DNA of 64,000 nucleotides from Diretmus argenteus (taxonomy: Eukaryota), in NCBI GenBank assembly GCA_048569125.1, contig CM109057.1, positions 34,878,381 through 34,942,380 on the forward strand, read 5' to 3'. The translations under genes and the position numbers were made by a program. Shown here one piece after another: positions 1-12,210 of the stretch (position 1 is the first letter of the stretch; the number at the start of each line of letters is the position of its first letter). The notes below the pieces were generated by a model. It was not told where the DNA came from. It made no database searches and saw only the letters and a list, made by a program, of their open reading frames with translations.

Positions 1-1439
1 ATTATGTTGCTACAGGTGAGAAAATACACCATATCAAATACTATAGTAATACCATAGTAAAGCAATATCATTAAGTATGATAAGGTCACTATTGAGTGCC
101 ACAGATGCAGTATGTCCCTGTAGGAATATTACAGTGATTTTTAGTTTGGGTCAGTCTTAGTTAAGGATACAGTGATATATCATGCTGCCAATACTGGCCT
201 TTTATTAAATATCATTTATCATCCAATCAGTGTCAACTGATACGGAGGCTCCACCCTGACCGCAGCTCCATAAACCAGTCTGTAAAACCTGCAATGTGAT
301 TTTATTTTATTTGCATGTTTTATTTTATGTGAAATCCTGCATACTCTCGGCACACGGTTGCCCACCCTGGTCTAAAGTCTATCACTGACTTCAGTCTAAA
401 CGTGCAAAAACACATTTTGGTTGAACCCGTCTCAATAGCTGTGTTGTCAATACTGGCTTAAACTAGTTTTTAATCCCAAACTATCATATAATCCGATGTT
501 ATGAGATACAAATTCAAATAAAGGGCCAGTGCAAACACATACACATGAATATGGTGTCACCAGCCACCAACCCCATATCTCCTACTGTATGTTTGTCATA
601 GCTCTATGCAAAGGCAAACACATACTGAAGGACAATATGACGAATGAGTTTATCTTGAATATGTATTAAACAAATACACAATCAAAGGCAGAAGTGAATA
701 AGGGCCCAGTAGAAGCTGGAAGGAAATAGTGTTTGCTACCGTTGTGTGCAGCATTTCAGCGTAAACCCATAACACACTTCTTGACACTATTTTTTAAAAA
801 GACTGATATTATCCTCTGACATTTTATTAGCAACTTTACATACAGTAAACACACAGTCCTGCATTGCACATGTAAACATAAGGTATCGCACACATAATGA
901 AAAATTCCACCCAGAACCAGACTGAGAGATACACGTTAAGTTCATTAAATATAACAGAACTGATGGATGCATTGACTGCATCATGTTCACCATCTTTAGA
1001 ACTGCAGTCTACAAAGGACAATTCTTCCATCAGTGTCACATTAAAGAGAAAAGGCAAAGCTAAGACATGGGCCTCTTCTTGTAACACCCTTCATTAGGAG
1101 TTCAGGTTGGCAATATCAATGCAACCTTTTAACTCATATCTAAAACACAGACAGACTTTAGATTTATTATTACATTTCCCCGTTTTATTCTTCCTTTAAC
1201 TGTGATTTTGTAGTTTTATTGGCTTTTATGAAAAGCATTTTGTACCTATTCGTACAGCGTAAGAGATACGTAATTCCTCCAACCGGTCAAACAAAGACTT
1301 ATTTCCACCTTCATTCTGATCAGAAAAATATAGATGACAGATATTTTATACATTATATGACTTTTTAAGTAAAGAGTTTTTACTAAGACAAAATGTGCCA
1401 TGTTGTAGTTAAAGTGTGTGTCAGTGAGAGAGAGAGCGT

Positions 1440-2100
1440 CACTTATATTACATTTAAGTCTATCAAATAACATTTATACAAGGGCATCCTCAGTTTCACT
1501 TTTCATAAATGCCCAGATGATCAGGGGGAAGTAACAGTAATAATGGTAATAGTGATTTTGACTGTACAGGCTCTGCGTGGGCTATTTGCAGAAGTGGAAG
1601 GGCCAAAATCTCCATGGACACATTGAAACGGGAAGCAGACAAACAAGTTTGGGCACATTGCAACCAAATCTCAGCACGTCCTTCACACTAAAAGGGCACA
1701 AACACCATGCAGTGATGTGGTGGCTGAGATTTGTGTTGAGAAAGCAGAGAACTATAATTATCTCTCTTGGGAGCCAGGAGGAGACCGGAGGAGACCATGG
1801 AGACTGGAATGCAAATGGCCGCAGAAGAGTTGGTTTCAGACAGGAGGAGGAGAGGAGTCAGGTGACCTAAACCATGTGACAGACCTTGTGTAATCCTGGA
1901 CAATTCTGACACACATGGGGGTTCATTACATGCTGAAGTGAAGGCAGCTATTAGTCTAAAGCAGCGTGTGTTTGTGTGTGTGGGTGAGTGAGTGACTGAA
2001 ATACAGACAGACAGACAGACAGAAAGTGAAGAAGTGAGAAGAAGAAAGAGAGATTGCATTTCATGAGTTATAATCTGCTCCTATGAAACATTTCCAAGCC
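1440..2100. repeat. Dispersed ~0.6-1 kb repeat (copy A). Copies B (15836-16030) and C (41330-42420) lie next to APOL-like genes.
   Basis: The shared blocks can be read directly: …tcctccaaccggtcaaacaaagacttatttccaccttcattctgatcag…(GA/GAGAGT)n…aacatttatacaagggcatcctcagtttcacttttcataaatgcccagatgatcagggggaagtaacagtaata…gtggaagggccaaaatctccatggacacattgaaac…. Confidence 0.6.
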
Positions 2101-4086
2101 TGTTTCAGGTATGTGCTGAAGAGCATCGTCAATGCAACATCCAAGATTAAAATACAAGATTAATGTCAATATGAAAACACTGATATAAATGTTAAATATG
2201 TGTGTATTGCATTGCACACATTTACCTAATGGGCGTAGGTGGAATGTACAAAGACCTGAGATAGTTACTCAACAGATTACAGAGAGAAAGTGCAGAGTCA
2301 GGAAAACACAGGCTGACATGTACCCACGAAAGGATTATGACGCTTCGGTTTTTCCACTTTGGTCTGATGACAGAGTGACATCATGGAAGGTGACATGACA
2401 ACAATTGGATTAACTAATAATTGAGTACAGTTGATGAATCGAAGAACTTTGCATACACATGATGCGTAATGTCTCATGTAGTTCTAGGTTTATATTTAAA
2501 ACAGTTTCATCTCAATATGGATTTTAGAAACATGAACTGTCATGATCAAACTGACACGGTTCCTTCTGTGATAATGGATGAGAGCTAAAGCAGATCATTT
2601 GCATGGCTCTGGGCTGAAGAAACTGCCAGACGGAAGTAGTAACGCTGATAATTATCAGAGCCTGGAAAAAGTTATCATTTGCAAATACTCATAACGATAT
2701 AAAGATGGACTTCATGCAATGTTTATCTCTGCAAACCGACTGAATTTATACTTTATATGTAATGAATCATTTATCCTGTGCTCCATAAGTCATGATGCTT
2801 TTCAGTGTATCTGCTTGACTGGTGCGGGTGAAGTAGTTAAGTGAAAAGTATCTCCAAAAAGGAAAGGTTGCCCACGCCTGTAGCAACAAACTCTGAGACT
2901 AAATATTAATACACACTTCAACGACTTGGGTACATCTATTCCTTTATTTATACAATGAGAAACCAGCACCATAGAAAAGAGCAATGACCCATATAAAAAT
3001 GTTTTTAAAAATACATACAGTGAACTTATCCTCAAAATACCGGTAAAGACAATATTGACATTGGCACATATTCCAGTAACATTAGAAAACTGATTTAGAG
3101 TCCAAAATGTGACGCAGTAAACCTGAGTGGACAGACGTGGAGCAGGTTGTTAAAGTGCATTGAGTGTACAGTTTCTGTAACAGGTATGTTTTGTTCAAAG
3201 TGGTTAAGACAAAATACACATATTTAGTCTTGACAAGATAAGTCCACACAACGTATAGAATTAGACTGAGTAACAAAATGAGTTCTACCCTGAAACACCA
3301 GCAACATGGAACAACAAGGTCTAAATGGATGAAAAAAATATTTAAAAGCTGCTACGTGTGGAATTTTAACATCAATTAATCATCATCACATTCATTTAGA
3401 GAGATCTAGATGTAGATAAACAAGACCGAGACACTGAACTTGACGTTTTCTACCGGGTTGGATTTCATGGGAAATCTACCGGATTGCTTTACGGCACAAA
3501 TCAGCAAGGGGACGCTGTTCTTCCAAAAGGAGCTAAAGCTTTCAGAGTTTCAACCACAGCAGATGGTGGAAGGAGAGAAAGGCAGATGGAAAAATGACTT
3601 CCAACATGTTGATCCTCTTCAGTGAACCAAGAGAAAACCATCGACTGAAGAAGTAACATCCTCTCTTTGCAACATGAAGCAAGGGTTTATGGGAAATGTG
3701 GTCTTATGTGGGCTACCGGTCATCCAGTCCTGGTCTCCTTTGTCCATCTTCCAGGATGGCTTTGGAGCTCGAACGAGAGCCTCGGCGGGCAGGTTCATGC
3801 TCTCTATCGCTCCTTCTCCTCTCTCTCTCCCTCTGCTGAGTCCCTCCATCATCTCTTTTCATCCCCCTCTCCCCACCTCCGCCCTCAAACTGCTTCCACA
3901 TACTCTCCACCTTGCTCCCTCTCTTCTCCTCTCCCCTCTCCCTCCTCCACTCCCTCCCTACTCATCTCTTTCTTTCTTTCTTTTTTTCTCGTCTCCTGGT
4001 CTTTTTTAGTCTTGCTCTTCTCATCTGTTTGTTTCTTCTCCTCCTCTGCCCTCTCATTCTTGCTAGTTTTTTGCCTTTTCTCGCGC

Positions 4087-4785
4087 TTACTCACATTTTC
4101 TTTTTTTGGTTTTGGTTTGACTTTCCATTTCTTCCTCCTTTTTCCTTTTCACTGACTTGGACTCAACCTTGGTCTCACCTTTCCCCTTTCCCTTCATGAA
4201 CTGAACCGCCTGGTCCAGTTTCTGGTCCATGGTCTTCTGCAGCTGGGTCTTCATCTTTTTTAGCTCCAGGAGATCATCTTGAAAATCTTTACATACTTCC
4301 CGGATTGTGCAGGCTAATTTGGTTTTGGATCCTTTGCGGAGCTGGTGTGCGTTCTTGGCCAGGTGGAAGATATTCATTGGCAGGGAGAGGGCCGACATGA
4401 TCCCTTTGCCGGCGTCCAAAGGGCCCTCCACAGCGCCCTGCAAAGGGCCCTTCACAACGCCCTCCACAGCACCCCCCAAAGGGCTCTTCACAATGCCCTC
4501 CAAAAGGCCCTCCACAGCGCCCTCCAAAGGGCCATCCACAGCGCCCTCCAATGGGCCCTCCACAATGCCCTCCAAAGGGCCCTCCACAGCGCGCTCCACT
4601 CCTTTGAGGAGCTTGGGTGCGTTCTTGGCCAGGCAGAAGATATTCCGGCGCAGGGAGCGGGCAGACATGATCCCTGTGCCGGCGTCCACAGGGCCCTCCA
4701 CAGTGTCCTCCACAGCGCCCTCCACAGGGAAAGCGCTCTCCGAGTTCTTCTCAAAGTCCGAACCCTGGAGGGTGTCCATACCTTC
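4087..4785 (-). CDS. APOL-like gene 1, terminal exon with internal GPLEGAVE repeat expansion and K/E-rich tail
   Basis: The acceptor is cccttgtag and the exon encodes EGMDTLQGSDFEKNSES.... It keeps the conserved APOL C-terminal block (FHLAKNAHQLRKGSKTKLACTIREVCKDFQDDLLELKKMKTQLQ, compare human APOL [22 protein letters not shown]). The central helices are replaced by about 10 copies of a 24-bp repeat (GPLEGAVE) flanked by a duplicated ~100-bp segment. The exon then runs on into a K/E-rich tail and reaches the stop at 4087-4089. Confidence 0.6.
   Translation of the reverse strand, partial: EGMDTLQGSDFEKNSESAFPVEGAVEDTVEGPVDAGTGIMSARSLRRNIFCLAKNAPKLLKGVERAVEGPLEGIVEGPLEGAVDGPLEGAVEGLLEGIVKSPLGGAVEGVVKGPLQGAVEGPLDAGKGIMSALSLPMNIFHLAKNAHQLRKGSKTKLACTIREVCKDFQDDLLELKKMKTQLQKTMDQKLDQAVQFMKGKGKGETKVESKSVKRKKEEEMESQTKTKKRKCE
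4420..4600. repeat. 24-bp coding minisatellite (ccctccacagcgccctccaaaggg, ~8-10 copies) inside the terminal exon of APOL-like gene 1
   Basis: The tandem array is visible directly and translates on the minus strand as (GPLEGAVE)n. Confidence 0.85.
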
Positions 4786-5585
4786 CTACAAGGGTCACAC
4801 AGAGAGAATATGTTGATGTCAGTATGATGTCTAAATGTGTTGTTATTGACATGTGTTAGGTTGAAATGTGTTGTACCAAGCTAGAAATATGAAAGACTGT
4901 AGAGGCGGAGGAAGTACAGTATATACTCATCGGTTTCTGAGTAAAGATATTTGTGTGTGTGTTTTACAGAGCATGAACCCAACCTTTTCCCTTTTTTATA
5001 TTTAAATTTGTATTACTTTTGAAAAGACAAGACGGTTGACAAACAAAACTCAAGAAACACAACACAAAAACAATATAGACAAACAAAAAACAGAAGTGGG
5101 GGGAGGAGGTGCAGGGCAATCACAGCAGACGTGCCAAGTTACATACAGTGGCATAATATATATAGTACAGCTTTACTGTACTCATAATATACAGCTTTAC
5201 CTCTTACAAGGGATGTGACTCAAGGAATGACCTCACTGTGGTCCAAATCCCCGGCTCTGCTGCTCACCATTGTCCGCATAAGACAAGTATGAGGCTGCTC
5301 CCTCCATACTCACAACATTGAGAAATTCGTACAGCCAGTTATTCAGACAGAAGCAGTTGGGTTTCCTACGCAACCTTTTCTGATGTCTTAGTTCTTAACC
5401 CAACTCTTCTCTATTGTAACCATTAGGGACACAGGATTTACCATTTACGATCGACCTACATCCATCCAGGAAACCTTTGAGGCCTCTTCAGGTATCTCTT
5501 TTTCTTGCCAGGTTGCTTTATATTTAGACATTATCTTAAGCCTCTATAAGAGCATAAGCTAAATGCAAATCTAAAACTTCCTCAC

Positions 5586-6000
5586 CTGTACAAACTCCCA
5601 ACACTCCTTGATGTCCTTGATTTCCTCCTGGTATCCCTGGATCATCGTCTCCATCTTCTTCTTCTTCTTCTCGCAGCGTAACTTATCTGTTATATTGGCT
5701 GTTTTCGTGATTAAGCCGCCCACTGACGCTACGCCGATGCCTACTGCCGAGATGATGGTTGAGATGCCAAAGGTGAAGGGTGCCAGGGCGAACCCCGTGG
5801 TGTTGATCATGTGGCCGGCTAGTTCGGCCCCACGTCCGCCCAGGGCAGCCGATACCGTTTTCTTGTGGAATTTATCCAACTTGTCGGCCTGGACAAAAAG
5901 CTCCTGGATGCGCTGCTGTAAGGACGCCTCCCGCTGGTTGAAGAGCCGCACAAACAGACGGGTTGCCTTGAAGACACGGTCGGCGGCCTGCTCCACAGCC
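5586..6000 (-). CDS. APOL-like gene 1, main N-terminal domain exon (apolipoprotein L family)
   Basis: A 415-nt exon with acceptor ctctccag and donor GTACAG|gtgagg. Its translation runs AVEQAADRVF...LDKFHKKTVSAALGG...LAPFTFGISTIISAVGIGVASVGG...KMETMIQGYQEEIKDIKECWEFVQ. The glycine/alanine-rich membrane-insertion hairpin and its flanking helices align with human APOL1/APOL2 (…[27 protein letters not shown]…). Confidence 0.75.
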
Positions 6001-6177
6001 CTGGAGAGGAAAGACACATCAGTTATAAGGCTCATAGGATGTTGTATACCAGGGTTCCTACAGCGGGGAAGAGACTGAAGCAGTTATAGAATTAGAAAAT
6101 AACCTCATACACCCCAATGATCAAGTATTTAAGGGTTATTAGAGAGGGAATTTGAAGTGGCGCGTTGCACTGCTTAC

Positions 6178-6217
6178 ATTTCCTCATCGTCCTTCTGGAA
6201 ATTAGACCTCTTCCATT
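6178..6217 (-). CDS. APOL-like gene 1, short coding exon (EWKRSNFQKDDEE)
   Basis: A 40-nt exon with acceptor ggttggtcag and donor gtaagc. The reading frame closes exactly between the neighbouring exons, and the two leftover bases AT plus the leading G of the next exon make ATG. The exon is paralogous to 22467-22509. Confidence 0.45.
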
Positions 6218-6457
6218 CTGACCAACCTGGCAACCCAGAAACACAGATATCAGTGTTACCTTTAACTTTATCAGTGTTAACTTATGTAGCAGTGGTGCTG
6301 GGGGTGAGTACAGTTTTGGTTCTAGTATAGTACTGATCTTCTTTAGATACTTTATCATTAGAAACATTCATTCCAATCATCAGAAACTAGATGTTGTGTT
6401 GAAGTGGAAAGAGAAACCAAATTATTGCAATTTAAAGCTAAATACTGTTATACTCAC

Positions 6458-6494
6458 CTTCCACTGCATTCCACCATTCCATCAACTTAGTTTG
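6458..6494 (-). CDS. APOL-like gene 1, short upstream coding exon (QTKLMEWWNAVE)
   Basis: A 37-nt exon on the minus strand with acceptor tttttccag and donor gtgagt. It encodes the LMEWWN motif, which is also found in the equivalent exon of genes 2 and 3. It ends one base into a codon, so it links in frame to the next exon. Confidence 0.5.
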
Positions 6495-9010
6495 CTGGAA
6501 AAAATAATGTAAATGTTAAATTAGGAAAGACAAAATCACACAGCTCCAGATATCCAGATAGCCTGCCCCACCCACTGCCCCTGCCCCTCTCTACCTCTCT
6601 GAGCTTCTGCACCACCACAACCCCTCCAGATCCCTTAGGTCAGCAGACCAGTTACTGCTGGTGGTGCCTAGAACCAACCTCAAAACCAGAGGAGACAGAG
6701 CTTTTGCGGCTGCTGCACCCAAACTTTGGAATAGCCTCCCCCTTCACATACGAGCCGCTCAGACCCTGGACATTTTCAAATCCCTGCTAAAAACTCACTT
6801 GTTCTCCCTGGCCTCCCCCCCCCCACTTGGCCATTGTAAGCTACCTGGCTTTTATTGTTTCATTGCTATTATTGTTTTATTGCTTTTAGTTCTTTATTTA
6901 CGACTTTACCTTGCATTTTGTTGTTTTTATTTAGTTCTTATGCACTTTACCTGCTTGATATCTATGCTCCTCTCTGCTCCCTGCCTGTGAAGCACTTTGG
7001 TTCAGCTGCTGCTGTACAAATAAAGTTGACTTGACTTGACTTGACACACACACACACACACATAAAATGTTGCACTCCCTTCATGTTTATGAACTGCCGA
7101 CATCTTCCTCTTCCTGATCAGGGCTCCAGAGAAACTCACCAATCAGAAGTTCCCAAAGATGAACCAGACTTCAAGCAGGTATTTATTGTGGGATTCTGAT
7201 TCTCATCTCTGACCTACTGTGTTTTTGTAAACCACATTCCTCTTCATTCCCCCTCAGGGTAATCATGGGATGTCTCAGGAGAGGTTTAAGTGTGAGAGCA
7301 TGAAGCTGTTTCATGTGTAGTACATGATGAGGCAGAAGAAGGTCACGAATCACACTAGGATCATTTGATGAGTCACACACACACACACACACACGTGCAT
7401 ACACACCTCCTCAGACTGCAGGGCGTTGCCCTCACTAGGGTAAGCTGCCATTTCCACAGGCTGGATCTCTACTGTGTTCTCCTGGAAAACACAAACAAAA
7501 GCATCCACAAAGTGTACATACTTTATGAAATGACCCGCCAACAAAACAATACAGAACAGATGTTTAGATGTAAAAAGTCGTGGTTTGGATGGGACTCTAT
7601 GAGCGGAGTGTTGTTCCTGCTTAGCTGAGCCTTTCCATGTGTACAGATCAATACACATCTCCAGTACATCCTTGCTAACCTGTTCCAAAAATAGCGATGC
7701 ACTGTGCTGGGATTCCCAACCCCTTTTTATAATCTATCGTTATTGTTAAGTATGAAATCACATCAATGTGTGGCTACAATACCTAACTGCAGCTTATGGT
7801 AGCTCTCCCCTTACAAAAAAAAGTAGTCTCATACGCGGTGGTTAAGCCAGAACAGAACAGCACTATACTGTACTATTATAGTGTACAACTAGTGTACTGT
7901 TGTGCTGCTAAATAACCCATTAGACCTAATTGGCCTTGACATTACATCACTTAATAACAAACACATTCATACCTGCGGGAAGATGTTTTGAGTAGGGGGT
8001 GCTGTGCCGACGCTTCACTCCTCTTCGGTCCTTCTGAGCGAGCGACAGACGGAGGCAGACTCAGTCAGCGTGAAAACAGAACTCATACAGCCCTCACAAT
8101 GTGAAACCTTTGCTTACAAAATATTTGATGCAATTTGAAGAAGGAACTGAGAAACCGAGAAACCTCAACCCTACTGCAACACCTGAAGCACACAGGGAAA
8201 AAAATCAGTTTGAAGGTTTGGGATTGCTGCAATAGTTGCAATAGCTCATTGGTCATATTGACTATCAGGATAGTTTATATTCTACACTGAAATCCAGTCA
8301 AACAATGAAGGTCTGAAAAAAGCATGGACATTTGAAATGTATATGTGAAGAAATCCTGACTGGGAATAAAACCGTTTCACCCAAGACATTTGGAAATAAT
8401 AACGGGTTAACCATTTCTTTCCATTTTTGGTTTAGAATTGTTTTTTTCTCTCGTTTTTTTCCAACACAGTCATTTATTGTGTGGTTGGATTACAGTAACT
8501 CAGTAATCTGTGATAAATTAAAAGAGAAAAGAAATGTCCATCCTCATTATTCAATAACATTATGTTTCCTCTGCAACTGGCTAACCAACTAGCTAGCAAC
8601 AACCACGCTAACCAATAATGCACACACACAACTATGCAAATGTTTCTTTTGCGACACCTGTCATGACAGTGGTCACGGTTCAGCATTTCTGGACTGACTG
8701 ATTTGTATCTGTCTGTCTCAGGAAACTTGCGACCGTGTTGCGGTTATTGGAAATATCTACACTTTTGCAAACTTTGATGCAATCACATCTTGTAAGATTT
8801 ACCAACATGTGGTTGAGAATCACAGGTGCTTCCTCGTCTGATAGCTAGGCTACCCTAATGTCCTTAAGATCGACACAGTTTGACAGCTGTACAAGACAAC
8901 ATCATTCTGTCGGCGTTAAGGAAAATAATAAATATTTGAAACACCCCAAATTATAGTCTTATTATCTGAATGTTGTTTTTTCTTTACATTAATAAAATAT
9001 ACGATATAAT

Positions 9011-9013
<3 letters not shown>

Positions 9014-9045
<32 letters not shown>

Positions 9046-9048
9046 CTA
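9014..9048. repeat. (TA)n microsatellite
   Basis: Direct read. Confidence 0.9.
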
Positions 9049-9662
9049 TATAACATATTTAATATACTTTATATAAATATATACTAATAAACTTCACTGT
9101 AAACTAATGCATAAAAATGGTAAATGGGTGGATAAAAATCCACCAGAATGCAGGAAATTGAATGTAAGATGCTCAAAATTTCCAGGGGGAGGACCCCCTG
9201 ACCCCCCACTAAATGTGTCCCCTCCAATGTCAAAGTGAAAGTTGCACCCTTGGATGACTGACCTGAACATTACAGTCACAGACAATGCACTCGTGATAAC
9301 AAAAAATAATAGTTTAAGAAAATGTATTTTCTAAAATAGGTGCAGGCCTATGTTCTTTCATTCCCCTACCCCACTTACATTATTATTTATAATAATGTGA
9401 CAGATTTATTTTGCACCAATAACCGTTCATGCCGCAAGGGGGTGCTGCACCTGGAGATGGGGGTGCTGCCGCTCCCCCAGCACCCCTACTTCCCGCGGTA
9501 ATGAACACATTAACATACCCGCATGCTCACAAGCCTTTATACATTTTTCTCACTCAAATGCAAAGAATTTGAGATATCGCAAAACCAGCCACTGCACAGG
9601 AGGAGGACACACATGTAGGCTAGTTAACTAAACACTCAGACCATTTTGGATTGTCTATAACA

Positions 9663-10125
9663 GTGTTTCTCAACTGGTGGGTGGCAGACTCATTCTGAAT
9701 GGGTCGCGGAGTGAGTGTTTTGGTTTGGTTTTTTTGAATGCAAAAGTACCCAGATTTTGAAACTCTTATTGGAAGTAAATCACATCCCCAATTATCTCAT
9801 TATCTTCCCCAAATACCTGTTAAGTGAAAACAGTCTGTTTAGTAGATCTACTCAGAGATGATCATATTACCGGTATGTGTGTAGACACACAGTTATGCAG
9901 TTATGTTCATTTTATTCATATTCACCAGGATCAGCAGCAGTTGTGATGTTCATGCTCATCAGTTTATTAATCAGCTTATTAGTTTATTATCAACCATAAT
10001 GTGCTCTGAATGCAGGGATAAAAATGTTTGTTTATTTTGTTTAAAAAAATCATGACAAATACATCTTCTTGGTTTGAATTCTATAAATGTGGGTCCCAAG
10101 GCCAGACCAGTTGAGAACCACTGCT
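9663..10125. mobile_element. MITE (~460 bp) with terminal inverted repeats CAGTGTTTCTCAACTGG / CCAGTTGAGAACCACTG
   Basis: The terminal inverted repeats can be read directly at both ends. The internal sequence is the reverse complement of copy 24745-25175. Confidence 0.6.
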
Positions 10126-11789
10126 CTTTAATCTGTCTTAATGTTGTTTGATTAGTTCAAACTCAAGGGAAACGCAAATGAACACAGCACCAATCAGCAC
10201 GCACCCGGCCATCATGTAAACAGCTTCTGTAAATTATCAATACCAATGTTTAGAAAACTTGTTCATCAAGTAGTAGAAGTACTCACCTATTGGACTGATG
10301 CTCTGCGGACCTTGCGCTCCGGACAGACAACGGAGGGACAGTCTGCAGTCGTTTTTTCCTTTTTATAGTCCAGTTGTACCAAGGCATTTGCGTTATGTTA
10401 CACCGCCGGTCTGTGAACTCAAGGTATGCTCAGAGTTGCTACTCGTGAACAGGCAAGCCAGGCAACTGATTGGGGCCCCCAGGCTGTTAGTCCCTCCCTT
10501 TTTGTCACATTAACATACTGGTGATTGAACACTGGTTGGAGAGGCCCTCTAGGAATTTTTGCTTTGGGCCCCAACAAACTCTAGAATCGCCTCTGGGTAT
10601 GCTAGGACATGCAGTATGCAGACATGGACGGTCCGGTCAGCCCGGCCAGTCCAGTTAGTCTCTCCTGTCCAAATGTGCTCCTCAGATCGTTTTTTCTTCT
10701 TCTTTCATTTCAGTTTGGAGAACTGAGTTCAGTTTGCACTTTTAATAGTGTAATGTTTTTTATATTATTGTATTGCATTTTTTCACACCGGTTTACATTA
10801 TTTATATTGTTTTTTGCTTTGGCAATAAAAATGTGTACATTTTGTCATACCAATAAAGCACCATTGAGAGAGAGGGAGAGAGAGGGGATATAGACATTGC
10901 AACTGTATTTCTGTCTATTTTTGCTGAGAAACGCGTGTTCTGTAAGTGGAAGCTTCTCGAGGACCAGGTTTCTTTTTAGAATGCACGTTTATTTTAGCAC
11001 GTATACTGCAGTTTCAGTGGAGGAGCCTCTGCCGCATCCAGAGCATCTAAGAAACAAGCTCGCTAGCATAAGACTCATCTGCTTCCTGTTTCCAGAGGCA
11101 CATACTATTAACATAACTTAATCAGTAATAAATGACTAATATCTGACTAAATGTAAACGACATTACGTCAGGAGACTAAAGACTAAATTAGAAAACGGTG
11201 TGAAAATTCTATAGGAATGCAGTTGTTTTTATGATCGGTAGTTCTTATTTTATTTTTTTCCTTTTGAGACAGGTCAACAGAACATATCAATCCATAATAC
11301 TTAGACAGGACACTTGAACATACAAAACATGACAAATCATACAAAATGCAACAATAAAATAAATTAAAAAGAACAAAAATATGTTTTAACTAAAATACAT
11401 ACAATCATAAAAGTGAAGGTAGCAGAAAGTGTTCAAATTGACAAAGAATAAAATAAGAAAATGAATGAATAGAATACAAGAGACAGTACAAATCTGGCAG
11501 ATAGGTAGGTTAATATTTGTCAGATTAAACATTTGCAGTAGTCGGTTATGAGCCGATAAGCTTTAGCTTCAGCCTACACCCTTTTGGTACATAACAGAGT
11601 ATTACTTTTTTTTTGTCTTTGTTATTTTGTAATTGTACCAAAATAAAAATCTATCTATCTATCTATAACTTCTATGCTGAGGCCTTAGGGTCCTTTAATG
11701 AAGGAAATGTAATGCGCCCACTGAGCCTGGTATTTCTCCACCTGGTTGATGAGCGTAAAAGAGAGAGGCCCTCATGAGCTGCCACAACA

Positions 11790-12210
11790 CCCAGTGGAGG
11801 GAACCACACCCTGGCCGGTGGCAGTGGAGAGAACCACACCCTGGCCGGTGGTAGTGGAGAGAACCATACCCTGGCCGGTGGCAGTGGAGAGAACCATACC
11901 CTGGCCGGTGGTAGTGAAGAGAATCATACCCTGGCCAGTGGTAGTGGAGAGAACCATACCCTGGCCGGTGGTAGTGAAGAGAATCATACCCTGGCCGGTG
12001 GTAGTGGAGAGAACCATACCCTGGCCGGTGGCAGTGGAGAGAACCATACCCTGGCCGGTGGTAGTGAAGAGAATCATACCCTGGCCAGTGGTAGTGGAGA
12101 GAACCATACCCTGGCCGGTGGTAGTGGAGAGAACCATACCCTGGCCGGTGGTAGTGGAGAGAACCACACCTTGGCCGGTGGTAGTGGAGAGAACCATACC
12201 CTGGGTTTAT
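11790..12210. repeat. 30-bp minisatellite in ~14 copies (gagagaaccataccctggccggtggtagtg), embedded in the LTR-retrotransposon fragment
   Basis: The tandem array is perfect or near-perfect, and both strands give open low-complexity ORFs. Confidence 0.9.

Noticed and set aside
3667-4199. Plus-strand S/L/F/P-rich ORFs (3667-4155, 3912-4199, and 17632-18404 in the paralogous unit)
   Set aside because: These are translations of the CT-rich simple sequence lying antisense to the APOL gene tails and 3' regions. They have no splice sites and no domain-like content.
4307-4827. Plus-strand ORFs 4307-4816 and 4345-4827 (and 18762-19157) overlapping the APOL terminal exons
   Set aside because: They run antisense to the well-supported minus-strand APOL coding frame. 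Their repetitive PST-rich text derives from the same 24-bp minisatellite.
5608-6078. Plus-strand 156-aa ORF overlapping the gene 1 main exon (with 21206-21403 and 40552-40920 over the other main exons)
   Set aside because: It is antisense to the APOL frame. The APOL frame aligns to known proteins and this one does not.
8000-11200. Possible genes in the region between APOL unit 1 and the LTR element
   Set aside because: I found only short scattered ORFs with no splice-site-bounded conserved frames. The region holds a MITE (9663-10125) and AT-rich sequence, and I could not support any gene call there.
11790-12210. Possible CRISPR-like array (regular 30-bp repeats); the same question applies to the 32-bp repeats at 59940-60330, the 41-bp repeats at 47990-49645 and the 20-bp repeats at 62100-63510
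   Set aside because: The repeats are head-to-tail with no unique spacers between them. The context is vertebrate DNA with spliced genes, LINEs and SINEs. These are minisatellites or satellites, not CRISPR arrays.
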